The position numbers and the translations under genes were made by a program. DNA of 64,000 bases from Candidatus Sericytochromatia bacterium (GTDB taxonomy: Bacteria > Cyanobacteriota > Sericytochromatia > S15B-MN24 > JAQBPE01): NCBI GenBank assembly GCA_035285125.1, contig JAYKHR010000066.1, forward strand, positions 143,762 through 207,761. Direction: 5' to 3'. Under the pieces are notes generated by a model. The model ran no database searches, had not been told where the DNA came from, and worked only from the letters and a program-made list of their open reading frames with translations. Shown here in pieces: positions 48,664 to 56,833 of the stretch. Each line of letters starts with the position of its first letter. Positions within the stretch are counted from its first letter, which is position 1.

Positions 48664-49863
48664 TCAGTACCCGCTGCCGCCCGCGGCAAGGCCCTTGACG
48701 ATCGCGACGCTGGCGCTGGCGCCGAGGCGGTTGGCGCCAGCCGCCACCATCTTGAGCGCCGTGGCGGTGTCGCGGATGCCGCCGGACGCCTTCACGCCGA
48801 TGGCAGGCCCCACCAGCCGCCGCATCAGGGCGATGTCGGCCGCGGTGGCTCCCCCCGGGCCAAAGCCCGTGGAGGTCTTCACGAAGTGAGCACCGGCCTC
48901 CTTGGACAAGAGACAGGCCACCGTCTTCTCCTCGTCCGTCAGGTGGGCCGTTTCGAGGATCACCTTCACCGTCTTGCCCGCGGCAGCCTGGACCACTGAC
49001 GCGATGTCACGCGCCACGGTGTCGTAGTCCTTGCCCTTGAGCGCGCCAACGTTCAGCACCATGTCGATTTCGTCGGCACCGTTGGAAATGGCGTGCCGGG
49101 TCTCGTCGGCCTTGGTCGCCGCATCCGTGGCACCGAGCGGGAAGCCGATCACGGTGCACACCATGACGCCCGTGCCCTTGAGCAGCTTGGCCGCGAGCGG
49201 CACCCAGGCGGGGTTCACGCAGACGGAGGCAAACCGCCACTCCGCGGCCTCCCCACAAAGCTTGCGGATGTCGGGTTCCGTGGCATCGGCCCGCAACAGC
49301 GTGTGGTCGATCATCGGCGCGAGGTCCGCCGCCGACGGGCCCGCCGGGCGAGGCCCGCCGTAGCGCGCCAGTGGGAGCCACTGGACGCCGGCCGGCAGCC
49401 AGTCGGGCTGGAGGCCGTCGGAGCCCCCGGGCGGGGACTCGTGCAACGCGATCATCGGCACGCCGAGCTCGCGGGCCCGCTGCAGCGCGAGGTCGAGCAG
49501 GCCGCCCACCTCCCGCACCGCCACGTGGTGCAGGCCGGGCAGCAGGAGGCGGGTGAAACCCCGGACGGCCTCGGGGAGGGCGAAGCCGCCCCGAGGCCGC
49601 GGCACGACGTGCACGGCCACGCCCCGTTCGCGCAGCCGCTGGGCCTCGACGCCGTAGGCCCCGTGCTGCGGCAGCACCAGCGCCACCGGCCCGCCCTCGG
49701 CGACGAGGCGCTCGAGCAGCGCCGGCAGGCCAGCCACGGCCCGCGTGTAGAGCACGAACGTGCCCCCCGGCGCCGGGTTTCCCGCGGCCTTGGGCCCGGG
49801 GGCCGCCTGCAGTTGGGCGCGCACCTCGCTCGTCACCCGGTCGATCAGCCGGTTCACGTCCAT
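48664..49863 (-). CDS. deoC: Deoxyribose-phosphate aldolase with ~180-aa N-terminal extension
   Basis: [31 protein letters not shown] and VKASGG motifs. Confidence 0.93.
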   Translation of the reverse strand: MDVNRLIDRVTSEVRAQLQAAPGPKAAGNPAPGGTFVLYTRAVAGLPALLERLVAEGGPVALVLPQHGAYGVEAQRLRERGVAVHVVPRPRGGFALPEAVRGFTRLLLPGLHHVAVREVGGLLDLALQRARELGVPMIALHESPPGGSDGLQPDWLPAGVQWLPLARYGGPRPAGPSAADLAPMIDHTLLRADATEPDIRKLCGEAAEWRFASVCVNPAWVPLAAKLLKGTGVMVCTVIGFPLGATDAATKADETRHAISNGADEIDMVLNVGALKGKDYDTVARDIASVVQAAAGKTVKVILETAHLTDEEKTVACLLSKEAGAHFVKTSTGFGPGGATAADIALMRRLVGPAIGVKASGGIRDTATALKMVAAGANRLGASASVAIVKGLAAGGSGY

Positions 49864-49875
49864 CCGTTCACCCTC

Positions 49876-50331
49876 TCACCGCGCGCCGCCGAACAGCTGC
49901 TGCTCGAGCCTGACGATTTTCTCGATGCGTGGCGCGTGGCGCGCCTCGAACTCCGTCTCCAGCCACACGCGGACGATCTCGGCGGCCAGGCCCTCCCCGA
50001 TCACGCGGGCGCCAAGCGTCAGCACGTTGGTGTCGTTGTGGGCCCGGGCGTTGCGGGCGGCGAAGAGGTCGTTGCAGCAGCCCGCCCGGACGCCCGGCAG
50101 CTTGTTGGCGACCACGGCGGAGCCTATGCCGGCCCCGTCGACCAGGATCGCCCGGTCCGCCTCCCCCTGCGCCACCGCGGCCGCGCCCAGCAGCGCGAAG
50201 TCGGGGTAGTCGACCGGGGCTGCCGAGTGGGTGCCCATGTCGGTCGGCTCGTGGCCGAGGGACACGACCAGGGCCTTCAGCATTTCCTTCAGCGAGTAAC
50301 CGCCGTGATCCGCTGCCAGAGCGATGCGCAA
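49876..50331 (-). CDS. rpiB: RpiB/LacA/LacB family sugar-phosphate isomerase
   Basis: ADHGG, VDYPDFA, ANKLPGVRA and HNDTNVL motifs; DGAGIG where canonical RpiB has CGTGIG. Confidence 0.85.
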   Translation of the reverse strand: MRIALAADHGGYSLKEMLKALVVSLGHEPTDMGTHSAAPVDYPDFALLGAAAVAQGEADRAILVDGAGIGSAVVANKLPGVRAGCCNDLFAARNARAHNDTNVLTLGARVIGEGLAAEIVRVWLETEFEARHAPRIEKIVRLEQQLFGGAR

Positions 50332-50564
50332 CGCCTTACCACCTTCGGTGAAGGGCCCCGCGTCGGGCCGCCCTGGCACGTTATTCCCGCAAAGCCTGCC
50401 GAGCATACCCCCGGTCTCCCTCGCGCCAGCCCCCGGGACGTGGAAAGCCGGGACCAGCCCGGGCAGCTTCCGCACCGTTCCCCTGGCCAGCGCCGAGGCG
50501 CCGGGCCCCACCGGCACCTGCTAAGATGTCTCAGCCCGGTTCAGCCGGTCCCGGAGGTTCCCCC

Positions 50565-51050
50565 ATGGCCGCCCCAGAAAAGCCGTCCGCGCGCCCGCAG
50601 CGCATCATCACCGACAACAGGCGCGCGTTTCACGAGTATCACATCCTCGATCGCTTCGACGGGGGCCTCGTGCTGACGGGCACCGAGGTGAAGAGCCTGC
50701 GGATGGGCAAGGTGAACCTGACGGACGGCTTCGCGCGCATCGAGGACGGGGAGGTCTGGGTCTACCACATGCATGTGGCGCCCTACACCCACGGCAACAT
50801 CTACAACGTGGACCCGATGCGCCGGCGCAAGGTGCTGCTCAAGAAGGCTGAGATCTCGCGGCTGCTGGGGAAAACGCGCGAGCAAGGCCTGACGCTGATC
50901 CCCCTCAAGCTCTACTGGGACGGCGACTGGGCCAAGATCGAGCTCGGCCTCGCCAAGGGCAAAAAGCTCCACGACAAGCGAGACGCCATTGCCAAGAAGG
51001 ACTCCGCCCGGGACGTGGCGCGGGAACTCAAGGAACGCAGCAAGTACTGA
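50565..51050 (+). CDS. smpB: SsrA-binding protein
   Basis: NRRAFHEY, GLVLTGTEVKSLR and GKKLHDKR motifs; TGCTAAGAT extended -10 upstream. Confidence 0.97.
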   Translation: MAAPEKPSARPQRIITDNRRAFHEYHILDRFDGGLVLTGTEVKSLRMGKVNLTDGFARIEDGEVWVYHMHVAPYTHGNIYNVDPMRRRKVLLKKAEISRLLGKTREQGLTLIPLKLYWDGDWAKIELGLAKGKKLHDKRDAIAKKDSARDVARELKERSKY

Positions 51051-51074
51051 GGCGGGCTCCTAGCTCCCGGGCGT

Positions 51075-51103
51075 TTGACATCAACAAGGCCCGAACGTAT
51101 GAT
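51075..51103 (+). promoter_or_regulatory. Sigma70-type promoter TTGACA-N17-TATGAT for yceD-rpmF
   Basis: Perfect -35, 17-nt spacer, 5/6 match -10. Confidence 0.85.
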
Positions 51104-51135
51104 ATTGGGGCTGTTTTGGTCGGTTTCGGGAGCCC

Positions 51136-51615
51136 ATGGTGCAGATCTCGGTGTCCAGCATTCTGCAAGCTCCTCAGTCGACCACGCGGTACGCCTTCAA
51201 CGAGGTGCTGCCGTTGCCCGATGAGGGCGAACAGCTCCTGGAACCCGTCACCGGGGACCTGACGGTCGAGCGCTTGAGCGACAGGCTGTTGAAGGTCACC
51301 GGCGACTTCCAGGCCTCCCTTCGGCTCATCTGTGACCGGTGTGGCGAGCCCTACGAGGCCCCCGCATCGTTCGAGCTGGCGGAAGACCTGGAGGTGGTGG
51401 ACGAGGTGGTCACGACTGACGAAGTCGACGACCGCGTGTTCATTTCGGGCCACCTGGACGCCAGCGATCTGGTGCGTCAGACGCTCCTCCTGAGCTTGCC
51501 GGCCCGGCGGCTCTGTGGGTGCGAGCCGAAGGCCACGCGCACCGAGGCTCCCGCCGTCGACCCCCGATGGGCCGCCCTGCGCGGCTACTCGGAAGACACC
51601 GACGGGACGCACTGA
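51136..51615 (+). CDS. yceD: YceD/DUF177 family protein
   Basis: CDRC, LSLP...LC and DPRWAAL motifs; precedes rpmF. Confidence 0.85.
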   Translation: MVQISVSSILQAPQSTTRYAFNEVLPLPDEGEQLLEPVTGDLTVERLSDRLLKVTGDFQASLRLICDRCGEPYEAPASFELAEDLEVVDEVVTTDEVDDRVFISGHLDASDLVRQTLLLSLPARRLCGCEPKATRTEAPAVDPRWAALRGYSEDTDGTH

Positions 51616-51667
51616 CCACCCAAAAGCACCCTGCGGCCGCCTGGCGGCCCCCCGGAGACCTCCCCCA

Positions 51668-51856
51668 ATGCCTCAACCTAAAAAGAAGCACACCAACATG
51701 CGGACCGGCCACCGCCGCTCGCACTGGATGAACAGCATCGAGATCCCCAACCTCACGACCTGCCCCACGTGCCGGGCGCCCAAGCTGCCCCACACGCTGT
51801 GCCAGTCCTGCCGCACCTACAAGGGGCGTCAGTACGGGGTCTCCTCCGAGGGCTGA
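51668..51856 (+). CDS. rpmF: 50S ribosomal protein L32 (zinc-binding form)
   Basis: PKKK...RRSH...CPTC...PH..CQSC..YKGRQ pattern. Confidence 0.93.
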   Translation: MPQPKKKHTNMRTGHRRSHWMNSIEIPNLTTCPTCRAPKLPHTLCQSCRTYKGRQYGVSSEG

Positions 51857-51928
51857 CGGGCCCGGCAGCCGAGGCACCCCACTCCCAGGGTGACAGGCCG
51901 ACGCTGCACCACAGGTCTCGAACCGCCA

Positions 51929-51975
51929 ACGGCGGCCTGGCTCTTCTGCACCGCACGAATAAGCCAGGCCGCCGT
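51929..51975. repeat. Perfect 14-bp inverted repeat
   Basis: ACGGCGGCCTGGCT (51929-51942) and AGCCAGGCCGCCGT (51962-51975). Confidence 0.85.
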
Positions 51976-52056
51976 CCCCTTCTCGGCCCGCATCCGGACG
52001 GCTGGACTTCCGAGGCCGCTGCCACCCGGTGCCCCTGACTCGGAGCGTCCCCCACG

Positions 52057-53064
52057 GTGAGCACGGCCTCCTCCAACCTGGTGCCAGTGGCCCTCACGGG
52101 CGTGGGAGCCCACGTGCCGCCCAAGATTCTCACGAACGCCGAACTGGCCCAGCGCATCGACACCTCGGACGAGTGGATCACCAGCCGGACGGGCATCGCC
52201 CAGCGGCGCGTCGTCTCCCCGGGCGATACGCTCTGGGAGTTGTGCGTGCCCGCGGCCCGGGACGCGCTCGCGATGGCAGGCGTGGCGCCTGAAGACCTCG
52301 ACCTGATCGTCGTGGCGACCTCCAGCCCCGACCACCCGATGCCGTCCACCGCCGCCCTGCTGCAGGCGGCGCTGGGGGCGGGCCGCGCTGCGGCCTTCGA
52401 CCTCGAGGCGGCCTGCACTGGCTTCGTGTACGGGCTCGCCGTTGCGAGCCAGTTCATCCGCACGGGGATGTACAGCCGGGTGCTGCTCGTCGGGGCGGAC
52501 GTGCTGAGCCGCTACATGGACTACACCGACCGGGGAACGTGCATCCTGTTCGGTGACGGGGCCGGGGCCGTCGTGCTGGAGGCGGGCGCGCAAGAGGGGC
52601 TTCACGCCCTGTGCCTCGCCGCAGACGGACGGGGTGCCGACCTGCTGAAAATCGCCCCGCTGCCGGGCTCCCCGGCCGCAGACTCGGGCGTGGCATCGCC
52701 TGCGTTCATGGCCATGAACGGCCGCGAGATCTACCGCTTTGTGACGGAACAGGCCCCGGCGCAGATTCTCGCAGCCTGTGCCCAGGCGGGGCTGACGCCG
52801 GCGGCGATCGACCACCTGGTGATGCACCAGGCCAACGCCCGCATCCTGGAGGCCGTTGCCAAGCGGCTTGGCCTGCCGATGGACCGGGTGCCCAGCACCA
52901 TCGCCCGGCACGGCAACACGTCAGCGGCCTCCATCCCGATCGTGCTTGCGGACCTGGCCACGACGGGACGCCTGCGGCGCGGCGACAGGCTATGCCTCAC
53001 GGGCTTCGGCGCCGGCTTGACGTGGGCCACGGCCCTGATCGACTGGGCGGGTCCGAAGGCCTGA
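52057..53064 (+). CDS. fabH: 3-oxoacyl-ACP synthase III
   Basis: DTSDEWI..RTGI, AACTG, LFGDGA, HQAN, GNTSAAS and FGAGLTW motifs. Confidence 0.95.
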   Translation: MSTASSNLVPVALTGVGAHVPPKILTNAELAQRIDTSDEWITSRTGIAQRRVVSPGDTLWELCVPAARDALAMAGVAPEDLDLIVVATSSPDHPMPSTAALLQAALGAGRAAAFDLEAACTGFVYGLAVASQFIRTGMYSRVLLVGADVLSRYMDYTDRGTCILFGDGAGAVVLEAGAQEGLHALCLAADGRGADLLKIAPLPGSPAADSGVASPAFMAMNGREIYRFVTEQAPAQILAACAQAGLTPAAIDHLVMHQANARILEAVAKRLGLPMDRVPSTIARHGNTSAASIPIVLADLATTGRLRRGDRLCLTGFGAGLTWATALIDWAGPKA

Positions 53065-53074
53065 GGCGAGGCGC

Positions 53075-53632
53075 TCAATAGACGTACGGCAGCAAGCGCC
53101 ACGTGCGGGCGGCGTAAGCACCATACGCCTCCCCGAAGTGGTCACGCAAGCAGGCCTCCTCGACGTGGATCCGATAGGCGTAAGCCAGGCCGTGGATAGC
53201 CAGCAGCGCCGCGGCAAGCCAGGGGTTCTCGAGGCCACAAGCCATCCCAACGAGGAAAGCGAGCGTGCCCGCGTACCCGGGGTGCCGGATCCAGCGAAAC
53301 GGGCCTGTCTCGACGAGTCGGTGGTCGGCCCGCAGGTGCACGGCACTCGTGAACATAGCCCCCAGGGTCTGAATGGCCCAGTATCGGAGCGCCATCCCCC
53401 CTAACGCGACGATGAACCCGAGCGAACTCAACAGGGGCCAGTCAGTCACCCGACCGAGTCCGGTCCAGAGCATGTGGGCGCTGGCTGACAGGCTGACGGT
53501 CAGGGCGAGCCCCAGGACGTGGCTCGAATGGCGGTCCTCACGGGTGCGAACGGCCCCGTGAAGCCGATAGAGGACCTCGCCGGGCAACCACAAGGCCAGG
53601 AGAATTGCAGCGGTGGGCAGTTGCCACGTCAT
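53075..53632 (-). CDS. Isoprenylcysteine carboxyl methyltransferase (ICMT/PEMT) family membrane methyltransferase
   Basis: LRYWAI.TLG, LV.TGPF.WIRHPGY, RI..EE..L...FG..Y..Y motifs. Confidence 0.9.
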   Translation of the reverse strand: MTWQLPTAAILLALWLPGEVLYRLHGAVRTREDRHSSHVLGLALTVSLSASAHMLWTGLGRVTDWPLLSSLGFIVALGGMALRYWAIQTLGAMFTSAVHLRADHRLVETGPFRWIRHPGYAGTLAFLVGMACGLENPWLAAALLAIHGLAYAYRIHVEEACLRDHFGEAYGAYAARTWRLLPYVY

Positions 53633-53746
53633 GGGTGGGTTCGCCTCGCCCGACCGGGCCCCGCGACTGTCGGGCTTTCACCCATGGGCCGTGGAGCAGT
53701 ATACCAGACCCTCCCAGACAGGCTGGCAGGGTGCTAGGATGATCCC

Positions 53747-54622
53747 GTGACGCGCGACAATGCTCCCACCGTTGGTGCGGCTGACGCCTCCGGGGCAGGG
53801 GCCCTGGCCGGGTGCTGGTACGCGGCGCTGCCGGCGGGCTTACTCTCGGCGACCCCAAAGCCCGTGGTGGTGGCAGGTCGTCATGTGGAGGCGTGGTTGG
53901 ACGAAGCCGGCCGCCCGTGCGTGGCCCCCGACTTGCCCTGGATCATTCAGGACGGCTACATGTGGGTCTGCCCCACCCAGGCAGCCACGGCCTTGCAGCC
54001 GCCCGAAATTTCGGTCCTGCGTTCCTCCGTCCACACGCACACTCAGCGCACGGTGCTGGTGAATGCCGCTCACCACCTCGTCCTGGAAAATTCGCTGGAC
54101 TTCGCTCACGGGCCCTGGGTCCACCCCTGGACGCAGCCCGCCTGGCTGCTGGCCCGGTTGGGGCTGCGGGGCCCGATGGTCTTGACGTACGGGCCACGCC
54201 CCGCTGGCCTCGGCCTGGAGGGCCGGCTCGGGGGCCGTCTGGTGTACGAGCACACCTTCGTCTTGCCTGACAGGCTGCGGCTCGTCATCCTCCCCGGCAC
54301 GCCACTCGCCACGGAGGTCAACGTCTTCCACGTGCCGGAGGGGCCCCGGCGAACGCGCCTGGAGGTCCTGCTTTCGCGGAGGCGGCTGCCCTGGGAGCGC
54401 TCTGGCATCCGGTTCGAGCCCGGCTCCCTTGCCGTTCACCAGCAGGACGTCGCGATCCTCGAACCCCAGCAGCGCGCCCTCGACTCGGGCGTGCAACTCG
54501 TCGAGCACCACACGGAGGCCGACGGGTGCACCCTGCTACTGCGGCAGGTGCTGGCAGCCGCAGCGGCGGGGCGCCCTCTGCCCGAGCCCCCCGAGCGGAC
54601 CATCAGGATCCGGATCGCATGA
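53747..54622 (+). CDS. Rieske-oxygenase catalytic (mononuclear iron) subunit lacking the [2Fe-2S] ligands
   Basis: ENSLDFAHGPWVH and QDVAILE iron-site motifs present; no CxH or CxxH motif. Confidence 0.75.
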   Translation: MTRDNAPTVGAADASGAGALAGCWYAALPAGLLSATPKPVVVAGRHVEAWLDEAGRPCVAPDLPWIIQDGYMWVCPTQAATALQPPEISVLRSSVHTHTQRTVLVNAAHHLVLENSLDFAHGPWVHPWTQPAWLLARLGLRGPMVLTYGPRPAGLGLEGRLGGRLVYEHTFVLPDRLRLVILPGTPLATEVNVFHVPEGPRRTRLEVLLSRRRLPWERSGIRFEPGSLAVHQQDVAILEPQQRALDSGVQLVEHHTEADGCTLLLRQVLAAAAAGRPLPEPPERTIRIRIA

Positions 54623-55629
54623 TCGGCCCCTCTTGGCACAAGGCCTGTGAGGCCCGCGCCCTGCAACCCGGCACGCTGCTGGCGAGCGAGGTAGAAGGCG
54701 TGCCGCTCGTGCTGTGGCGAGACGACGAGGGTCGTCCGGTCGCCTGGCTTGATCGCTGCCCGCACCGAAACATGCCTCTTTCCGAAGGCCACCTCGACGA
54801 CGGATGGCTTCGGTGCACGTACCACGGCTGGGCCTTCGATGCCGAGGGACGCTGTCGGCACGTGCCCTCCAGCGCCACTGGTCGCGCCGCCTCGGCCTGC
54901 GCCCAGACGTTCCCGGCGCGCGAGACGGCCGGAGCCATCTGGGTCGAACTGGTGCCCGACCACCACGAACGCCCCCCGGCGCCGCCCGTTCGGGCCCGGC
55001 AGGTTTCCTGGGCCCGAACGGGTCTCTGGGTGGGCACTGCCGTGCTCTACCTGTATGGCCTCGGGTTCCACGTCACCCAGAACCGGCCGGAGGTCCTCGG
55101 TGGCCCGATCACCGTGCAAAATGCCGGGTGGCTGACCTACGCGATGCTGGCCTGGTATGTGGTGCCTGCCTGCCTCTGGCTGGACCGGTCGTTGCCTCCG
55201 GGCTTGCGCCGGCTGCAGGGGGTGCTGCTGGCCTCCTTCGTGGTGCGAGGGGGCCTCGAGGCCTACTTGCTTTGGGGCCCGAAGAGCTGGATCCCGCCTT
55301 ATGGCATCGCGCACGATGTCCTGGCGATCGCCTTGATTTACGGGTTGCGGCACCTGCTCCGCTCCGATACCCAGGCCATTCGCGACACGAGGGCCCAACG
55401 CTGGATGGCCTTCAGCCACGTGCAGGCGGCAGCCCTGGTGGTGGAGATGTGCTTCGCCGCGTGGTTCTTTTCGATCGTCGACAGCCAGACCGACCGCCTC
55501 TGGTTCGCGGCAGACACGCCGCCCTTCGCCTTGCTGAACGTGGCGATGGCCGTCCTGGTGCCGCTGTTCCACCTGGACCTGCTGCGCCGCCTCTGGCTGG
55601 ACCAGCGTGGCCTGAGGCCTGAAGCCTAG
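54619..55629 (+). CDS. Rieske [2Fe-2S] domain fused to a multi-pass membrane domain
   Basis: DRCPHR...CTYHGW followed by about six hydrophobic segments; ATGA overlap with the upstream gene. Confidence 0.8.
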   Translation: MIGPSWHKACEARALQPGTLLASEVEGVPLVLWRDDEGRPVAWLDRCPHRNMPLSEGHLDDGWLRCTYHGWAFDAEGRCRHVPSSATGRAASACAQTFPARETAGAIWVELVPDHHERPPAPPVRARQVSWARTGLWVGTAVLYLYGLGFHVTQNRPEVLGGPITVQNAGWLTYAMLAWYVVPACLWLDRSLPPGLRRLQGVLLASFVVRGGLEAYLLWGPKSWIPPYGIAHDVLAIALIYGLRHLLRSDTQAIRDTRAQRWMAFSHVQAAALVVEMCFAAWFFSIVDSQTDRLWFAADTPPFALLNVAMAVLVPLFHLDLLRRLWLDQRGLRPEA

Positions 55630-55630
55630 C

Positions 55631-56752
55631 TCACCGAGCGCCCGCAGGCCCCAGGTGGGCGTGGAGGCCCGGGTAGTGGCGTCGTTGCCAGACCATGCCG
55701 TCCATCAGGTAGTGGACGACGTTCACGAACACCACCACGCCGATGGCCCCGGCGGGCGGCAACGCCACGATCAGGCCCACGACCAGCAGCGAGAACGCCC
55801 CGGCGAGCCCGAGGTAGGGCAGCGGCCGGTTGGCCTCGGCGAGGGCGTGAACGAAGTCGAGGCCATGACCCGCGGCCACGAGCCAGCCCGCCCGGCGACG
55901 CTGGAACATCCACACGAAGCCGATGTACTGGAGGTCGTGGTAAGTGATGAAGATGGCGAGCGACAGCAGGTAGTCTCGGGTGGGCACCAGGCCGAAGGCG
56001 GCCAGGTAGGAGAGTCCGGCTGCCGCGGCCAGCACGAGGTGGGCCGTCGGAAGGGGCTTGCCTGCCCGATGGCGACGAACCAGGGTCCAGGCGCACCGGA
56101 GGGCGAGCGCCACCAGCGTTGCGACGTAAGGCCAGAGCGTCCAGCTTGGGACCTCGGGCGACAGCAGGCGGAAGCGCTGGACATCCACGACGATGTCCAG
56201 CGAGGGCATCGTCCAGACCCACCACACGGGCAGCGCAAAGGCCAGGCCGCACAGCCACCGAAAGGGCCGCATCTGGGATACGAAGCCAGCATCGCCCGTC
56301 CACTGGACATACCTGGCGTCGTAAATTTTCAGCATCCCCAGGTGCTGCTTGAGGATGTGGTAGGCCCCGAGCAGGGTCATGCCGGTGAAGAAGGCATCCC
56401 ATCCACCGACGTCCCGCGTGAAGGGCACGATCGCCACGATCGCGGCCGTAACGGCCACAGGCAACCACCACGTGCGCGAGGCGTACATTCCCCGGGCCTG
56501 ACGGGACCCCGTGACCACCCACGTCATCCACAGATGGGGCGTCGCAAAGCAGGCCACGTAGACGAGGTAGAGGGGCCACACCGCAGCGGAGCCGAGGGTC
56601 CAGTAGGCGGGCAGGTAGAGCAGCAGGGGCACGATCACCGACCAGCCGAACCAGCCGGCATCGGCCCGAGCCGAGAACATCCAGTAGCCGGCAGAAGGAT
56701 CCTGCCGCGCGTCCTGCCCGATCGTCCCCGCATTGATCGCCATCACACCCAT
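55631..56752 (-). CDS. Polytopic membrane protein with four His-containing motifs
   Basis: PHLWMT, YHILKQH.G, YHDLQY and VHYLMDG.VW in hydrophobic context. Start ATG 56752 or 56743. Confidence 0.7.
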   Translation of the reverse strand: MGVMAINAGTIGQDARQDPSAGYWMFSARADAGWFGWSVIVPLLLYLPAYWTLGSAAVWPLYLVYVACFATPHLWMTWVVTGSRQARGMYASRTWWLPVAVTAAIVAIVPFTRDVGGWDAFFTGMTLLGAYHILKQHLGMLKIYDARYVQWTGDAGFVSQMRPFRWLCGLAFALPVWWVWTMPSLDIVVDVQRFRLLSPEVPSWTLWPYVATLVALALRCAWTLVRRHRAGKPLPTAHLVLAAAAGLSYLAAFGLVPTRDYLLSLAIFITYHDLQYIGFVWMFQRRRAGWLVAAGHGLDFVHALAEANRPLPYLGLAGAFSLLVVGLIVALPPAGAIGVVVFVNVVHYLMDGMVWQRRHYPGLHAHLGPAGAR

Positions 56753-56833
56753 CCTGCACCATGGTGCCGGGGACGCCCCCCTGCCCCCTCTTGTGCCCGC
56801 CACCCTCCCCCCTTAACCGCCCGGGACCTGCCC

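Noticed and set aside
52057..53632. Type III PKS plus methyltransferase pair (BpsAB/SrsAB-like)
   Set aside because: The synthase has canonical FabH motifs (HQAN, GNTSAAS), lies downstream of rpmF, and is convergent with the methyltransferase.
55655..56833. 1149-aa ORF suggesting an N-terminally extended MMPL
   Set aside because: The extension is the antisense shadow of the minus-strand membrane gene; MMPL-like sequence starts near 56834.
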